A stretch of 64,000 nt of DNA from an uncultured Candidatus Saccharibacteria bacterium (lineage in GTDB: Bacteria > Patescibacteriota > Doudnabacteria > UBA920), in assembly GCA_964617815.1 (NCBI GenBank), contig CAZTXY010000001.1, positions 67,120 through 131,119 of the forward strand. Reading direction: 5' to 3'. Every line of letters starts with the position of its first letter. The stretch's first letter is position 1. The position numbers and the translations under genes are program-made. The notes under the pieces are model-generated. The model worked only from the letters and a program-made list of their open reading frames with translations, searched no databases and was not told the origin of the DNA. Shown in pieces: positions 1 through 9,928 of the stretch.

Positions 1-363
1 CACCTCAAATTTTGCAACGTTAATATCAGCTTGGTGCAAAAGCCTTTTCGTAACATCCTTATCCATAGAAATAGCGGAGCCCAAAATATCTGGACCAACA
101 TACGGAAGATCAAGCATTTTAAGCATTCCCTGTATACTGCCATCTTCGCCATAGGTTCCATGCATTACAGGAAAAATAATATCAAACTTTTTTGAAAGAT
201 TAAATGGATTTGACTCCCAATTGCCTTGCTTATCTATACGAAGCATACTTACAGCAAATTTTGTTTTATCTATTGCCCTATAAACACTTTGCGCAGACTG
301 CACAGATACTTCGTGTTCTGCAGACTTACCACCAAAAACAATACCCACTCTTATTTTTTTCAT
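1..363 (-). CDS. ddl: D-alanine--D-alanine ligase, N-terminal part (gene continues beyond the window's left edge)
   Basis: Reverse-complement translation from the ATG at 361-363 gives MKKIRVGIVFGGKSAEHEVS...MHGTYGEDGSIQGMLKMLDLPYVG, a typical Ddl N-terminus. It lies next to murF. Confidence 0.8.
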   Translation of the reverse strand, partial: MKKIRVGIVFGGKSAEHEVSVQSAQSVYRAIDKTKFAVSMLRIDKQGNWESNPFNLSKKFDIIFPVMHGTYGEDGSIQGMLKMLDLPYVGPDILGSAISMDKDVTKRLLHQADINVAKFEV

Positions 364-1133
364 TTTTTATCCTTATGCAAACTCCAGAGTTGTTCGAACA
401 TAAAACGCTGTGACTGAGCAAATGGTTTTGAAGTAACAATAAAACCGAACATTATTCCATCAAAACTTAGCATGGCTACTTTATCCCCATAAATATATGT
501 CTCGCTTGTAAAGGGAGGGTCGCCTGCAATAATGCAAGTTTGTCTTAAGTTTTGCTTATCACTTTTTTGTAACCGATAGGCTTCGGGTGTATCGGTGGCC
601 AAAACACGTATCGAAATTCCTTTTGCAAACCGTCGTTGAATAAAGTCTTTATGATCATGGTCAGAAAAAACTTTATGCTCTTCTGCCTGATTAGACAGCA
701 AGAGAATTTCTTTTACATCACTTTGCAAAACATCATTGGAAATTTCATTCAAACCATCTTGGCCTGAAAAAAATTGCAAAACTGGTTTACTGTCTATCTG
801 CTTATACTCAGCTAACAATTTAGGTAAAGACTGTTCAATAGCCTCATGCTGGCCTCGAAATTGACGAATCTTCGTTCGCATTTTTGCCATTACCGTTTGA
901 GGAGGCTCTGCCCAAATAAGTTTACGACCAACTGTTAAATCTTGTTCTATTAGACCAAGATCGATTAATTGCTGGCAAGCTAAGTATGCAGAAGACCTGT
1001 CCATACGCACCGTGGTTGCAACCCGACCAATACTTGCTTTTCCTAACTTAAAACTAGTTAGATAAAAATCTATAGCATTTGACGTACAACCCAACAACTC
1101 TAAAGCTTCTTTAATTGTTTTGAGCTCATTCAT
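360..1133 (-). CDS. HTH transcriptional regulator, TrmB-like
   Basis: 257-aa ORF. The N-terminal winged-HTH resembles TrmB family regulators. Confidence 0.45.
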   Translation of the reverse strand: MNELKTIKEALELLGCTSNAIDFYLTSFKLGKASIGRVATTVRMDRSSAYLACQQLIDLGLIEQDLTVGRKLIWAEPPQTVMAKMRTKIRQFRGQHEAIEQSLPKLLAEYKQIDSKPVLQFFSGQDGLNEISNDVLQSDVKEILLLSNQAEEHKVFSDHDHKDFIQRRFAKGISIRVLATDTPEAYRLQKSDKQNLRQTCIIAGDPPFTSETYIYGDKVAMLSFDGIMFGFIVTSKPFAQSQRFMFEQLWSLHKDKK

Positions 1134-1300
1134 AGCATATCTATTAGAATAAATACTGTCTATAAATAGTATACATATTTTTATTTTCCTTGTAAAATGC
1201 TTTAAATATAGTCATATTAAACAAAAACTTTGTAGAAGAATTATCTACAAAGTTCTACTATATCCACAATCACTCTAATACACCAGTGTATTAGAGTGAT

Positions 1301-2575
1301 TTAAGTATTAAGCCAGGTTCCGTACTGACGACAAAGAAGTTCTTTTGCCCTCATTGGCTCAGCCATTATTTCTTTGGTGATTTTTTCCATGCGGACATAC
1401 TGAGATCCTTTAAGCCAAATCAAACCATCCGGTTGCAAAAGATCTTGGACATTTCGTTTTGCGCTGTCAGAATCTGGAAATGACAAAACTTTTTCTGCTG
1501 GGAATCCAGTCAAGACAGCACTTTCAGCAATCTGCTTTCCACCATCTCCAATAGTGATTAAATAATCCATTACAACAGTGCTAAGCATTTTTCCAACCAT
1601 ATCATGTGATTCATCTGATAAGTCACCAAGTTCGCGCATTGTCCCAAGCACTGCAATTTTATGAAGACCAGGAAGACGATCAAACACTGCTAAACCCTCA
1701 ATAACCCCCTGAGGATCTGCGGCATTATAGGTGTCATCAATAATAGTGCTGTGCTTAATGCCACCAATAATATTTAAACGGCCGGGTGCAGGTCTATATT
1801 CCTGCAACCCACTTATGACAAGGTCTGTTTCTATTTTTAAATACTCTGCTACTGCAATTGCAGCAGCTACTGCAGCTAGGTGCGGCCGGCCAATTGCATT
1901 TACCGTCGCTTCAAATTGTCTACTTATCGTCCTAGCTTCAAATATTGTTTGCGCTGATGCATCAACTAATTCAGTTTTTACTACAATACTGATATCTGCT
2001 TCACCGATAGTACCATATGACAAGCTGGAACCTTTAGACTTTTGCTTTTGCGCCAAAGCTTTGGAATTATCTGCATTAACAATAACCACGCCAGTTGATG
2101 CTACTGCTTCTGCAAGTTTACCTTTTTCAAACTCTATAGCCTCAGCATCATTAAAAAATTCGTAATGCGATACACCAATACTAGTAATAATTGCAATATC
2201 TGGTTTAGCAATAGAAACTAAATGATCCATATCACCTGGCTTGTCGATGCCATATTCCAAAATCAAAATTTCTGGAAACTTAGTTCGTAACAAAATAAGT
2301 CTGATAGCACGAAAAAAAACTCGAAGCCATAAAAGAGGATTCTTCTGAGGATTGTCATTGTAACCTATAATCGCCAAAGGTAATCCAAGCTCGTCGTTAA
2401 AATTCTTAGCGGCGCGGTAGCTTCTAAATTTTTGGCTGACCACGGCAAACACAGCCTCTTTTGCAGAGGTTTTCCCAACACTCCCCGTAATCCCAATTAT
2501 TTTGGGCTTGTATTTTTTTATAATCGCCCTGGCCAAAAAAGCGAAAATATTTTGTAAAATTTTTTTCATAATCAA
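1301..2575 (-). CDS. murF: UDP-N-acetylmuramoyl-tripeptide--D-alanyl-D-alanine ligase (Mur ligase family)
   Basis: Has the Mur ligase P-loop GITGSVGKTS. It is adjacent to ddl. Confidence 0.8.
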   Translation of the reverse strand: MIMKKILQNIFAFLARAIIKKYKPKIIGITGSVGKTSAKEAVFAVVSQKFRSYRAAKNFNDELGLPLAIIGYNDNPQKNPLLWLRVFFRAIRLILLRTKFPEILILEYGIDKPGDMDHLVSIAKPDIAIITSIGVSHYEFFNDAEAIEFEKGKLAEAVASTGVVIVNADNSKALAQKQKSKGSSLSYGTIGEADISIVVKTELVDASAQTIFEARTISRQFEATVNAIGRPHLAAVAAAIAVAEYLKIETDLVISGLQEYRPAPGRLNIIGGIKHSTIIDDTYNAADPQGVIEGLAVFDRLPGLHKIAVLGTMRELGDLSDESHDMVGKMLSTVVMDYLITIGDGGKQIAESAVLTGFPAEKVLSFPDSDSAKRNVQDLLQPDGLIWLKGSQYVRMEKITKEIMAEPMRAKELLCRQYGTWLNT

Positions 2576-2929
2576 CTAGTTCCTGTCGCCTACTTTGGCA
2601 TAAGACTCAAAATGAATATCGGAATCATTAAACACTTCTACAACCTTATAAAGACCCTTTGTAAAAACCTCGCCACTCTCTATAAAATGAGTTGCCTCAG
2701 TGATTATGATACTAGCTTTAGGCCTTGATAAAACTTCTCCCCCTTGTGTTTCCAAAAGAGGTATCTCGCCATGAAGCCAATAGTTCCTTTGTCCGCGTTT
2801 TAAAAAACCATAAGACTGGCCTTGTTCTAAGGGCACGGGTATACATTCCAGCTCTTTTTTGCTACCAGATCTAAATTCGGCAATATTTCGCAAAGCCAAA
2901 TCAGGATTAAACTCTACCTGTATACCCAT
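2576..2929 (-). CDS. hypothetical protein
   Basis: 117-aa ORF tightly packed between murF and serS. No recognised motif. Confidence 0.45.
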   Translation of the reverse strand: MGIQVEFNPDLALRNIAEFRSGSKKELECIPVPLEQGQSYGFLKRGQRNYWLHGEIPLLETQGGEVLSRPKASIIITEATHFIESGEVFTKGLYKVVEVFNDSDIHFESYAKVGDRN

Positions 2930-2932
2930 ATT

Positions 2933-4288
2933 TTATTTCTTAGGCTTAATTACATCAACGCCAACATATTTTCGCAAGACTTCTGGCACCACGATACTAC
3001 CGTCTGCCTGCTGATAATTTTCAAGCAGAGGGATGAGGATGCGAGGACTGGCGACCGCAGTATTATTTAATGTATAAGCAAATTTTGTTTTGCCTTCACT
3101 GTCGCGATAGCGAATATTAAGGCGTCTGGCTTGCCAGTCCGTAAAACTCGAGTCGCTGTGAGTCTCTCCGTAACCGCTCCGCGATGGCATCCAAGTTTCA
3201 ATGTCATACATTTTATATTTTGCAGCACCCATATCCCCTGTGCAAATATTGAGTACGCGATATGGCAATTTTAAATCCTGCAGTATTTCTTCGGCAATTT
3301 GACGCAGGGTCTCCAGCCATTTTTCACTTTCATCCAAATCAGCTTTGCAAATAACCATCTGCTCCACTTTAACAAATTCGTGGATTCGATAAATCCCACG
3401 AGTGTCTTTACCATAACTACCAATTTCACTGCGATAACAAGTACTCACCCCAGAGACGGTAATTGGTAACTGTTTTTCGTCCAAGATTTGATCAGCATAA
3501 TAAGCCAAGAGTGAGGGTTCAGAAGTTCCACCTAAATATAATGACTCTTTGCCACTATCGTCTTCGTTATCAGACTGCTGTGAATTGGCGATGCGATAAA
3601 TTTCATCTCGCCCAGCCGGAAAATGGCCGCTACCAACAAGCGCAAACTCTTTGACTAAGGTTGGAGTAGACATAACCGTAAAACCGCGTCCTCGTAATTT
3701 TTCCAAGGCATACATAAGCAGACCTTGCTGTAACATTACCGCTTCATTTTTAAGATAATACCCGCGAAAACCAGACGTCGCCACACCACGTTCAGTATCA
3801 ATCAAATCCAGTTCCTGGCCAAGTGTCATATGATCTTTAATGGCAAAGTCAAACTTGGTTGGCACCTCTGAGACCTTAGCTTCGTCTTTAGGGTCTACGT
3901 GGCCCACAGTTGGCCCCCAATATGCCCAGGGCACATTACCACTGCTGTCCGGACCAATTGGGGTCTCTGGAGCAGGGACATTTGGGACTAACAACAACAG
4001 ATTTTCGTAGTCATGCTCAACTGTTTTTAATAACCCTTTTAGCTCAGTTTGTCTGCTGTCGATTTCCTGCATTTCTAAAATCTTAACTTTCTTTTCTTCC
4101 TCTGAAAGTTTAGGAATTTCTTTAGACACAGAATTTTTTGTAGCTTGAAGAGTTTCTGTTTCCGCTAACAACGAGCGTCTGCGCTCATCAAGAGCAAGCA
4201 ATTCGTCTAAATTAAGATTAATGCGCTTATCAACGATGGCTTTTTTCACCACCTCGCTATTTTCCCGAATATATTTGATGTCGAGCAT
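2933..4288 (-). CDS. serS: seryl-tRNA synthetase
   Basis: N-terminal coiled-coil followed by class II aaRS motifs. The start was trimmed to MLDIKYIREN. Confidence 0.9.
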   Translation of the reverse strand: MLDIKYIRENSEVVKKAIVDKRINLNLDELLALDERRRSLLAETETLQATKNSVSKEIPKLSEEEKKVKILEMQEIDSRQTELKGLLKTVEHDYENLLLLVPNVPAPETPIGPDSSGNVPWAYWGPTVGHVDPKDEAKVSEVPTKFDFAIKDHMTLGQELDLIDTERGVATSGFRGYYLKNEAVMLQQGLLMYALEKLRGRGFTVMSTPTLVKEFALVGSGHFPAGRDEIYRIANSQQSDNEDDSGKESLYLGGTSEPSLLAYYADQILDEKQLPITVSGVSTCYRSEIGSYGKDTRGIYRIHEFVKVEQMVICKADLDESEKWLETLRQIAEEILQDLKLPYRVLNICTGDMGAAKYKMYDIETWMPSRSGYGETHSDSSFTDWQARRLNIRYRDSEGKTKFAYTLNNTAVASPRILIPLLENYQQADGSIVVPEVLRKYVGVDVIKPKK

Positions 4289-4343
4289 GTGAGTAGTTCC
4301 TAGTTCCGCCATCTGGCGGATAGTCTTTAGAAATTATCTAAAA

Positions 4344-4781
4344 TTAATTTTGTTCAAATGACATTTGTAGCATTTCTTTTTCTCGTAATCCAATAAATTC
4401 ATAATCATCAATTTCTGCTTTACTGATAAAACGTAACTCTGCTATTTTCTCGTCAAATTTTTCGGTATGCAATTTTCCACCAATAATTTTACATTCATAC
4501 GGTATTAAAAAAACTTGATGTTGGTCACCGGCTTTTTCCCAAATCCGACTAATAATTTTTGGCATTACTCTGAGTGTCTTTACTTCCAAGCCTGATTCTT
4601 CTTTTACTTCTCGAATTATTGCGTCTTCTGGATTTTCACCAAATTCTATTTTTCCTCCAACAAGTTCCCATTTATTATGGCCACCTTCTAAATCAGGATC
4701 ATTTCGCTTAGCAATTAATAATTTTCCTTGATCGTCTTTTATTAACGCAACGACAATGGGAATCTGTTTTTTCACAGGCAT
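4344..4781 (-). CDS. NUDIX hydrolase
   Basis: Contains the Nudix box GGKIEFGENPEDAIIREVKEESGL. Confidence 0.8.
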   Translation of the reverse strand: MPVKKQIPIVVALIKDDQGKLLIAKRNDPDLEGGHNKWELVGGKIEFGENPEDAIIREVKEESGLEVKTLRVMPKIISRIWEKAGDQHQVFLIPYECKIIGGKLHTEKFDEKIAELRFISKAEIDDYEFIGLREKEMLQMSFEQN

Positions 4782-5071
4782 TAGAGTACAGTTACAGCGA
4801 GCTTCTCAGCTTCTTTAGCAATCGTAAAATCAAAATCTGTAATCCCGTCTTCATCATGTGTAAAAAGAGCAATGGTGACTTTATTATACTTAACCCGCAT
4901 GTCGGGATGGTGATTTTCCTGTTCAGCCGTGACTGCTAACTTATTAATAAAGTCCAAAGCTTTCATAAAACCGTCAAAGCTGTAAGTTTTTTGAAGCTGT
5001 CCGTCTACAATGCCCCAGCCTCGCAAAGTCTGAAGATTTGCTTTGATTTTTTCTTCCGTTAAAATTGCCAT
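4781..5071 (-). CDS. pterin-4a-carbinolamine dehydratase (PCD/DCoH)
   Basis: Contains the EQENHHPD signature. 96 aa. Confidence 0.8.
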   Translation of the reverse strand: MAILTEEKIKANLQTLRGWGIVDGQLQKTYSFDGFMKALDFINKLAVTAEQENHHPDMRVKYNKVTIALFTHDEDGITDFDFTIAKEAEKLAVTVL

Positions 5072-5135
5072 AATAAAATGCCTAAAAACTTCAAAAACTC
5101 TTAGTTCTAAAATCTAAGATATGGCTGAATTATAA

Positions 5136-5175
5136 CAAAAAACCATTCCAGTGTACACTGGAATGGTTTTTATAA
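5136..5175 (-). terminator. Rho-independent terminator after greA
   Basis: 13-bp perfect palindrome aaccattccagtg/cactggaatggtt, with a T-run on the minus strand. Confidence 0.7.
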
Positions 5176-5178
5176 ACT

Positions 5179-5646
5179 TTAATTAATTGCGACAACTTTA
5201 TAGTCCATGTCGCCGGCTGGAGTACTGACCGTAACCACATCACCCACTTTTTTACCTAGTAAGGCTTTTCCAACCAAAGACTCATTTGAAATTTTTCCTT
5301 CCAAAGGATTGGCTTCATTACTACCAACTATAGCATAAGTTTTTTCGGTGTCTTTAACAGAAATTGTAACTGTTGAACCAATTGAAACTGTATTGTGCTG
5401 ACCAGATGCTGTGATAATTTCAGCATTCTTGATCATATCTTCGATTTCTTGAATTCGACCCTCAATAAATGACTGCTCTTCACGAGCTTGGGCATAGTCA
5501 GCATTCTCAGAAAGATCTCCGTGTGCTGCGGCTTCACGAATGCGCTCAATAACTTCCTTGCGCTTATCGGTGATTAAAAGTTTTAACTCATCATTTAGTT
5601 TCGCCAACCCTTCATGGGTCAGCAGATATTTTTTACTCATGTTCAA
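5179..5646 (-). CDS. greA: transcription elongation factor GreA
   Basis: 155 aa. Has the coiled-coil N-domain and the FKBP-like C-domain typical of GreA. Confidence 0.9.
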   Translation of the reverse strand: MNMSKKYLLTHEGLAKLNDELKLLITDKRKEVIERIREAAAHGDLSENADYAQAREEQSFIEGRIQEIEDMIKNAEIITASGQHNTVSIGSTVTISVKDTEKTYAIVGSNEANPLEGKISNESLVGKALLGKKVGDVVTVSTPAGDMDYKVVAIN

Positions 5647-5705
5647 AATTTAATATATAGTTGCCTTATTGTAATGAAAATTACCAACCATGTCAAGAAG
5701 CGAGC

Positions 5706-6530
5706 CTATTTAGATTCAGCTACCACAATAACATTCTCTAGAAGTTTTGCCACTGTCACAGGCCCAACCCCACCAGGCACAGGTGAAATCCAGGAAGCTT
5801 TTGGCGCAACTGAAGCAAAATCAACATCGCCCGAAATTCCAGCGTTACTTTCCGCAGTGCCAGCATCAATAACCACGGCTCCTTCTTTAACCATATCTCC
5901 TGTAATCAAAGAAACCTTACCAGTACCTGAAACAATCACATCCGCATCGGAGCACAAGCTCGATAAATCACTTGTTGATTGGTCTGCTGTCAATACAGAA
6001 AGGCCTTTTGATGCAAGCAACATCGCAACTGGTTTTCCCACAAGCTCACCCTGCCCCACCACGACAAATTTTTTATTAGTTTGATTCGGCACGGCCGTGT
6101 CCAAAATATGAACAACTGCGTTAGCTGTTGGCGGGACTAAAGAAAAATCGCCCTGATAAAACTTTTTAGTATTTTGCGAATGCAGCACATCCACATCAAG
6201 TTCTGGGGTAATTGCATTTAACGCAGTCTGCCGGTCAATATGATTAGGTAGTGGGAGCTGTAATATCAACCCGCACATATTTGGCAGAAGATTTAATTTT
6301 TGAATTTCCGAAACTAAGTCTTGAGTTGTAATGTCAACTGGAAATTGGCTACGACGAAACTCAATACCAATACTCTCAGCCTTTTTTGCTTTAATGGAAA
6401 CATAAGACAACGAGACTGGGTCATTACCAACAATGACATCGCAAAAAACTGGTTGAAAAGGTAAGCGCTTTACCCGTAACCGTAAGTCCTCTAAAATTTG
6501 ATCTGCAATTTTTTTTCCGTCTATAACCAT
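5706..6530 (-). CDS. folD: bifunctional methylenetetrahydrofolate dehydrogenase/cyclohydrolase
   Basis: Typical FolD sequence. The preferred start is ATG giving MVIDGKK. The ORF track begins at a GTG 12 nt upstream, at 6542. Confidence 0.85.
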   Translation of the reverse strand: MVIDGKKIADQILEDLRLRVKRLPFQPVFCDVIVGNDPVSLSYVSIKAKKAESIGIEFRRSQFPVDITTQDLVSEIQKLNLLPNMCGLILQLPLPNHIDRQTALNAITPELDVDVLHSQNTKKFYQGDFSLVPPTANAVVHILDTAVPNQTNKKFVVVGQGELVGKPVAMLLASKGLSVLTADQSTSDLSSLCSDADVIVSGTGKVSLITGDMVKEGAVVIDAGTAESNAGISGDVDFASVAPKASWISPVPGGVGPVTVAKLLENVIVVAESK

Positions 6531-6539
6531 GAAGTAAGT

Positions 6540-6574
6540 CACTAGGCACTAGCTACTAGGAACTAGCGACTATT
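6540..6574. repeat. tandem heptamer array NACTAGN x5
   Basis: Reads cactagg cactagc tactagg aactagc gactatt. It overlaps the stop codon of the PBP2 gene. Confidence 0.7.
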
Positions 6575-8519
6575 TATTATATCTGTTCTCTGCCCACCAT
6601 TGTAGCGTGCTATTTACAATTGGTACAGCGGCTACATCTCCACCTCCACCTGCCTCAACTAACACTGTCATAACTATTTCTGGATTTTCAAAAGGCGCAT
6701 ATGCTGTAAACCATGCATGAGTACGACTTGGATCACTGCCGTCAAACTGCGAAGTCCCAGTTTTTCCCGCACTACTAATAGGCAAGGTGTTAAGTCTTCT
6801 TCCAGAGCCAGCCAAAATTGTCTGCCTCATTCCTTCTTGAATAATCTTAATATTTTTATCACTGGCAAATTTTTCAATTCCAACTGCTGACTCAAATTTT
6901 TTAATAACTTGTTCGTTTGCATCAACCACTGAGAAGAGCAACTGTGGGCGCATCCCGACTCCATTATTTGCAAATAAAGCTGTCATTGTCGCAATTCGAA
7001 GTGGCGTTACAAGCATATCCCCCTGCCCAATTCCCACATGATAGGTGTCACCTAAATACCACTTTCCTGCAATTGGATCATTTTTATAGTACTCACCTTT
7101 CCACTGCGGATCAGGAACAAGTCCAAATTTTTCCCCTTCTAGATCTAAGCCTGTTGTTTTTTGTAATTCAAACTTACGATAATAATCTGATAACTGAACA
7201 ATCCCCATACCAGAAACCGGCGAACTTGGATGGCCCCCACTCACGGTATAAAAATATATATCGCTACTCTGGGCAATCGCACTCCTAACTGTCATTGGTC
7301 CAAGTCCATCGCGCTTCCACCCATAAAAATTATAACTTTGTGCAGGATTAAACTGATTAGGAATAACCAACACGCCTCGGTCAACTATTGTTGTATTTTC
7401 TGTGACAATGTTATTTTCTAGCGCAGCCAATCCCACCATTGGCTTGACCGTTGAACCAGGTGGGTAGGTTCCACTAATTGCTCTGTCAAAAAGTGGTAAA
7501 GTTTTGTCGGTAATTAAACTTTGATAGTCTGCCTGTGATATTCCATGAGCAAAAAGATTATTATTAAACCCGGGGAGGGAAAGCAGTGCTAACACAGCTC
7601 CAGTTCTTGGATCTAATGCAATAGCTGCTCCACGAATACGAGGAGAAAGCTTGATGAATTCTTGATAGATATGTTCCTGTAATTCTTTGTCTATTGTTAA
7701 ACTAATTGTATTGCCTGGTTTTGGGTCTAACGTTCCAAGAACATTTACCGGACGCCCAAGGGCGTTAACTTCAACACGCTCTTGACCATTGGTACCACGT
7801 AAATATTTTTCATAACTCAACTCAATCCCTGCCTTACCTATATAATCAGAAGCTTGATAGCCTTGGTCGCGAAGATCCTTAAGCTCGTTTTCATTTACGA
7901 TCCCCGCATAACCAAGAACATGTGAAAACATTTCAGGATTTTTATAGTCACGCACAGGAATGCTCTTAATAGAAAAGCCAGGAAATTCAAGAGCTCTTGT
8001 TTCAAATAATATTGCTTCTTGCACCGCGACATCTTGCTTTATAACTACTGGTTCAAGGGAACTATTTCCAGACCGGGCGACAAGAGTTTTTGCCTCTTGT
8101 TCATCAAAGTTAAAAACGCCAGACAAGAGAGTTACTAATTCCGGCACCCCTTCTTTGGGTAAATCGAAAGGGGTTGCGACTAAGTTAAAACTAGCTGTAT
8201 TTTCAGCTAAAGTTTTTCCAAAACGGTCGAGCAGCAGCCCCCGCGGAGCCAAGATTACTCCAGAGCGCAACCGGTTTTCTTCAGCCATAACTCGATAGGT
8301 AGAACCTTCAATAATTTGCAGACCAAAAAGTCTTATAACTAAGACCGAAACAGAAGCAAAAAAGATTCCAATTATCCAAAAGGTGCTTTGCTTCGTCCGT
8401 ATTCCTTCGTAGAAGCCTTCAACTTGAGATAGGCTGTCTACTGCGGCTTCATCAAAATCCAAACCAGAATGCTCTGGTGTTTGGCCAAGGGTTGATTGTG
8501 TCTTGAAAGGATCAGTCAT
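6570..8519 (-). CDS. mrdA: penicillin-binding protein 2 (peptidoglycan D,D-transpeptidase)
   Basis: TM anchor, dimerisation domain, and a transpeptidase domain with the STVK motif. It lies downstream of mreBCD. Confidence 0.85.
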   Translation of the reverse strand: MTDPFKTQSTLGQTPEHSGLDFDEAAVDSLSQVEGFYEGIRTKQSTFWIIGIFFASVSVLVIRLFGLQIIEGSTYRVMAEENRLRSGVILAPRGLLLDRFGKTLAENTASFNLVATPFDLPKEGVPELVTLLSGVFNFDEQEAKTLVARSGNSSLEPVVIKQDVAVQEAILFETRALEFPGFSIKSIPVRDYKNPEMFSHVLGYAGIVNENELKDLRDQGYQASDYIGKAGIELSYEKYLRGTNGQERVEVNALGRPVNVLGTLDPKPGNTISLTIDKELQEHIYQEFIKLSPRIRGAAIALDPRTGAVLALLSLPGFNNNLFAHGISQADYQSLITDKTLPLFDRAISGTYPPGSTVKPMVGLAALENNIVTENTTIVDRGVLVIPNQFNPAQSYNFYGWKRDGLGPMTVRSAIAQSSDIYFYTVSGGHPSSPVSGMGIVQLSDYYRKFELQKTTGLDLEGEKFGLVPDPQWKGEYYKNDPIAGKWYLGDTYHVGIGQGDMLVTPLRIATMTALFANNGVGMRPQLLFSVVDANEQVIKKFESAVGIEKFASDKNIKIIQEGMRQTILAGSGRRLNTLPISSAGKTGTSQFDGSDPSRTHAWFTAYAPFENPEIVMTVLVEAGGGGDVAAVPIVNSTLQWWAENRYNK

Positions 8520-8522
8520 ATT

Positions 8523-9050
8523 TTAGAGCCTAAACCGGTTAGTAAAACGAGTAGAAAATTGCGTAGCTTTCAAAACCAAAAAATATAAAGGATAAACTAA
8601 TAATAAATGATACAACGTTTGCCACAACAGCACTCTCACAATTAATCCAAAGGTTATAGTAATCACTGGGATATGCAGTACTGCTAATAAAAGTGAGATG
8701 AGCCAAAAACCTAAAATTCCTAATACACTGCTAACTGCGGTAACAACCAATAAATACTTCCCAGCATTGCTTGGCAACAAGACCTGGCTAAACAACCAAT
8801 GCACTCCTAGCGCAATGAGTGTAAAAATCACCGCAAATACTCCGGGTAAACCACCGCTAGCAAAGTCTAACCATATGCCAAGCAAAAAGGCAATGACTAA
8901 GCTTTCTCTTTGAGTTCCAACAATTGCTATTAAAATTGCTAAAACTAAAAATATATTTGGTGCTATCGAAAAAAGCGGCAAGTAAATAAAAACACTTGAC
9001 TGCAAAATTACACAAAAAAGAAAAATTAATGTATAAATTATATACTTCAT
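8523..9050 (-). CDS. mreD: rod shape-determining protein MreD
   Basis: Polytopic membrane protein positioned between mreC and mrdA. Confidence 0.65.
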   Translation of the reverse strand: MKYIIYTLIFLFCVILQSSVFIYLPLFSIAPNIFLVLAILIAIVGTQRESLVIAFLLGIWLDFASGGLPGVFAVIFTLIALGVHWLFSQVLLPSNAGKYLLVVTAVSSVLGILGFWLISLLLAVLHIPVITITFGLIVRVLLWQTLYHLLLVYPLYFLVLKATQFSTRFTNRFRL

Positions 9051-9056
9051 TAAAAA

Positions 9057-9851
9057 CTATTTAACTACAAATACAAAATCAAGATCGTTAAAACGAATTG
9101 GACTTTTCACTGTCATTTTTTTAAATAAATCGCTAGGCCGAGAAACTAACTCCCCCAACTCTCCCACAATAATATTTTTTGGAATCTGACTTATTCCTGC
9201 AGTCACCAATATTTCTCCTGACTTTAATTCTGAATTTTGTGGCACAAGATCAAAAACTAAACTGCTTCCAAGAGTTCCTCTGACAACTCCTGAAACTTCT
9301 CCCCCACTAACCACTGCATCAACAGATGATTGCGAGCTTGAAAGCAATACCACTGTGCTAGTTAGGTTGCCTACATAAATAATTTTGCCTACTAAATAAT
9401 TACTAGAAACAACAGGCATACCAACTTGGATATTTTTATTTTTTCCACAGTTAATAATCATCGCATCTGTAACTGACTGCGGGTCGATAGATAAAACACT
9501 ACAAGGCTCTAAACTAAAACGATTTTCTCTCACAAATCCTAACTCCACCCTTAGAGTATCGTTTTCTTGCTTGTATTGATTAAGTAAGACTACCGTATTT
9601 TGAAGTTCACTAACCTTAGCTCTAAGTTCTCCGTTTTCATTTGCAATACTTCGCAATCTATATATTGTTGAAAAGAAATTTTGTATTGGTCTTGCAACCT
9701 TGCTAGTCACCCTTGTGATAGGACGCGGAACTGCCAATATTGCGTATCTAACAGGATCCAGCCAGCCCACTCGATACAACAACCCTAAAATGACGAGGAG
9801 CACCAAGCACCCAAAGACGACAGCAAAAGTTTTTGAGTAAATAAAATTCAT
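9057..9851 (-). CDS. mreC: rod shape-determining protein MreC
   Basis: TM anchor, a coiled-coil, and a beta-rich C-terminal domain. It follows mreB. Confidence 0.8.
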   Translation of the reverse strand: MNFIYSKTFAVVFGCLVLLVILGLLYRVGWLDPVRYAILAVPRPITRVTSKVARPIQNFFSTIYRLRSIANENGELRAKVSELQNTVVLLNQYKQENDTLRVELGFVRENRFSLEPCSVLSIDPQSVTDAMIINCGKNKNIQVGMPVVSSNYLVGKIIYVGNLTSTVVLLSSSQSSVDAVVSGGEVSGVVRGTLGSSLVFDLVPQNSELKSGEILVTAGISQIPKNIIVGELGELVSRPSDLFKKMTVKSPIRFNDLDFVFVVK

Positions 9852-9856
9852 TAACG

Positions 9857-9923
9857 AGTCCTTAGTTCTTAGTGCTTATTACTTAGTCGCACTGTATCTC
9901 TGAGGACTGAGGACTAAGCACTT
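9857..9923. repeat. tandem heptamer array (CTTAG/CTGAGGA units)
   Basis: Reads agtccttag ttcttag tgcttat tacttag ... ctgagga ctgagga ctaagca. The two halves are partly inverted relative to each other. Confidence 0.6.
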
Positions 9924-9928
9924 TGTAT

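Noticed and set aside
204-417. Two short plus-strand ORFs (69 and 63 aa) at the window start
   Set aside because: They lie antisense to and overlapping the ddl N-terminus and the TrmB-like gene end. They are low-complexity and have no RBS. They are frame artefacts.
1731-2165. 144-aa plus-strand ORF inside murF
   Set aside because: It is antisense to a well-supported Mur ligase ORF. Its Ala/Ser-rich composition is typical of reverse-frame translation.
5614-6084. 156-aa plus-strand ORF overlapping folD
   Set aside because: Antisense to folD, with a Thr/Pro/Ser-rich mirror-frame product and no independent signals.
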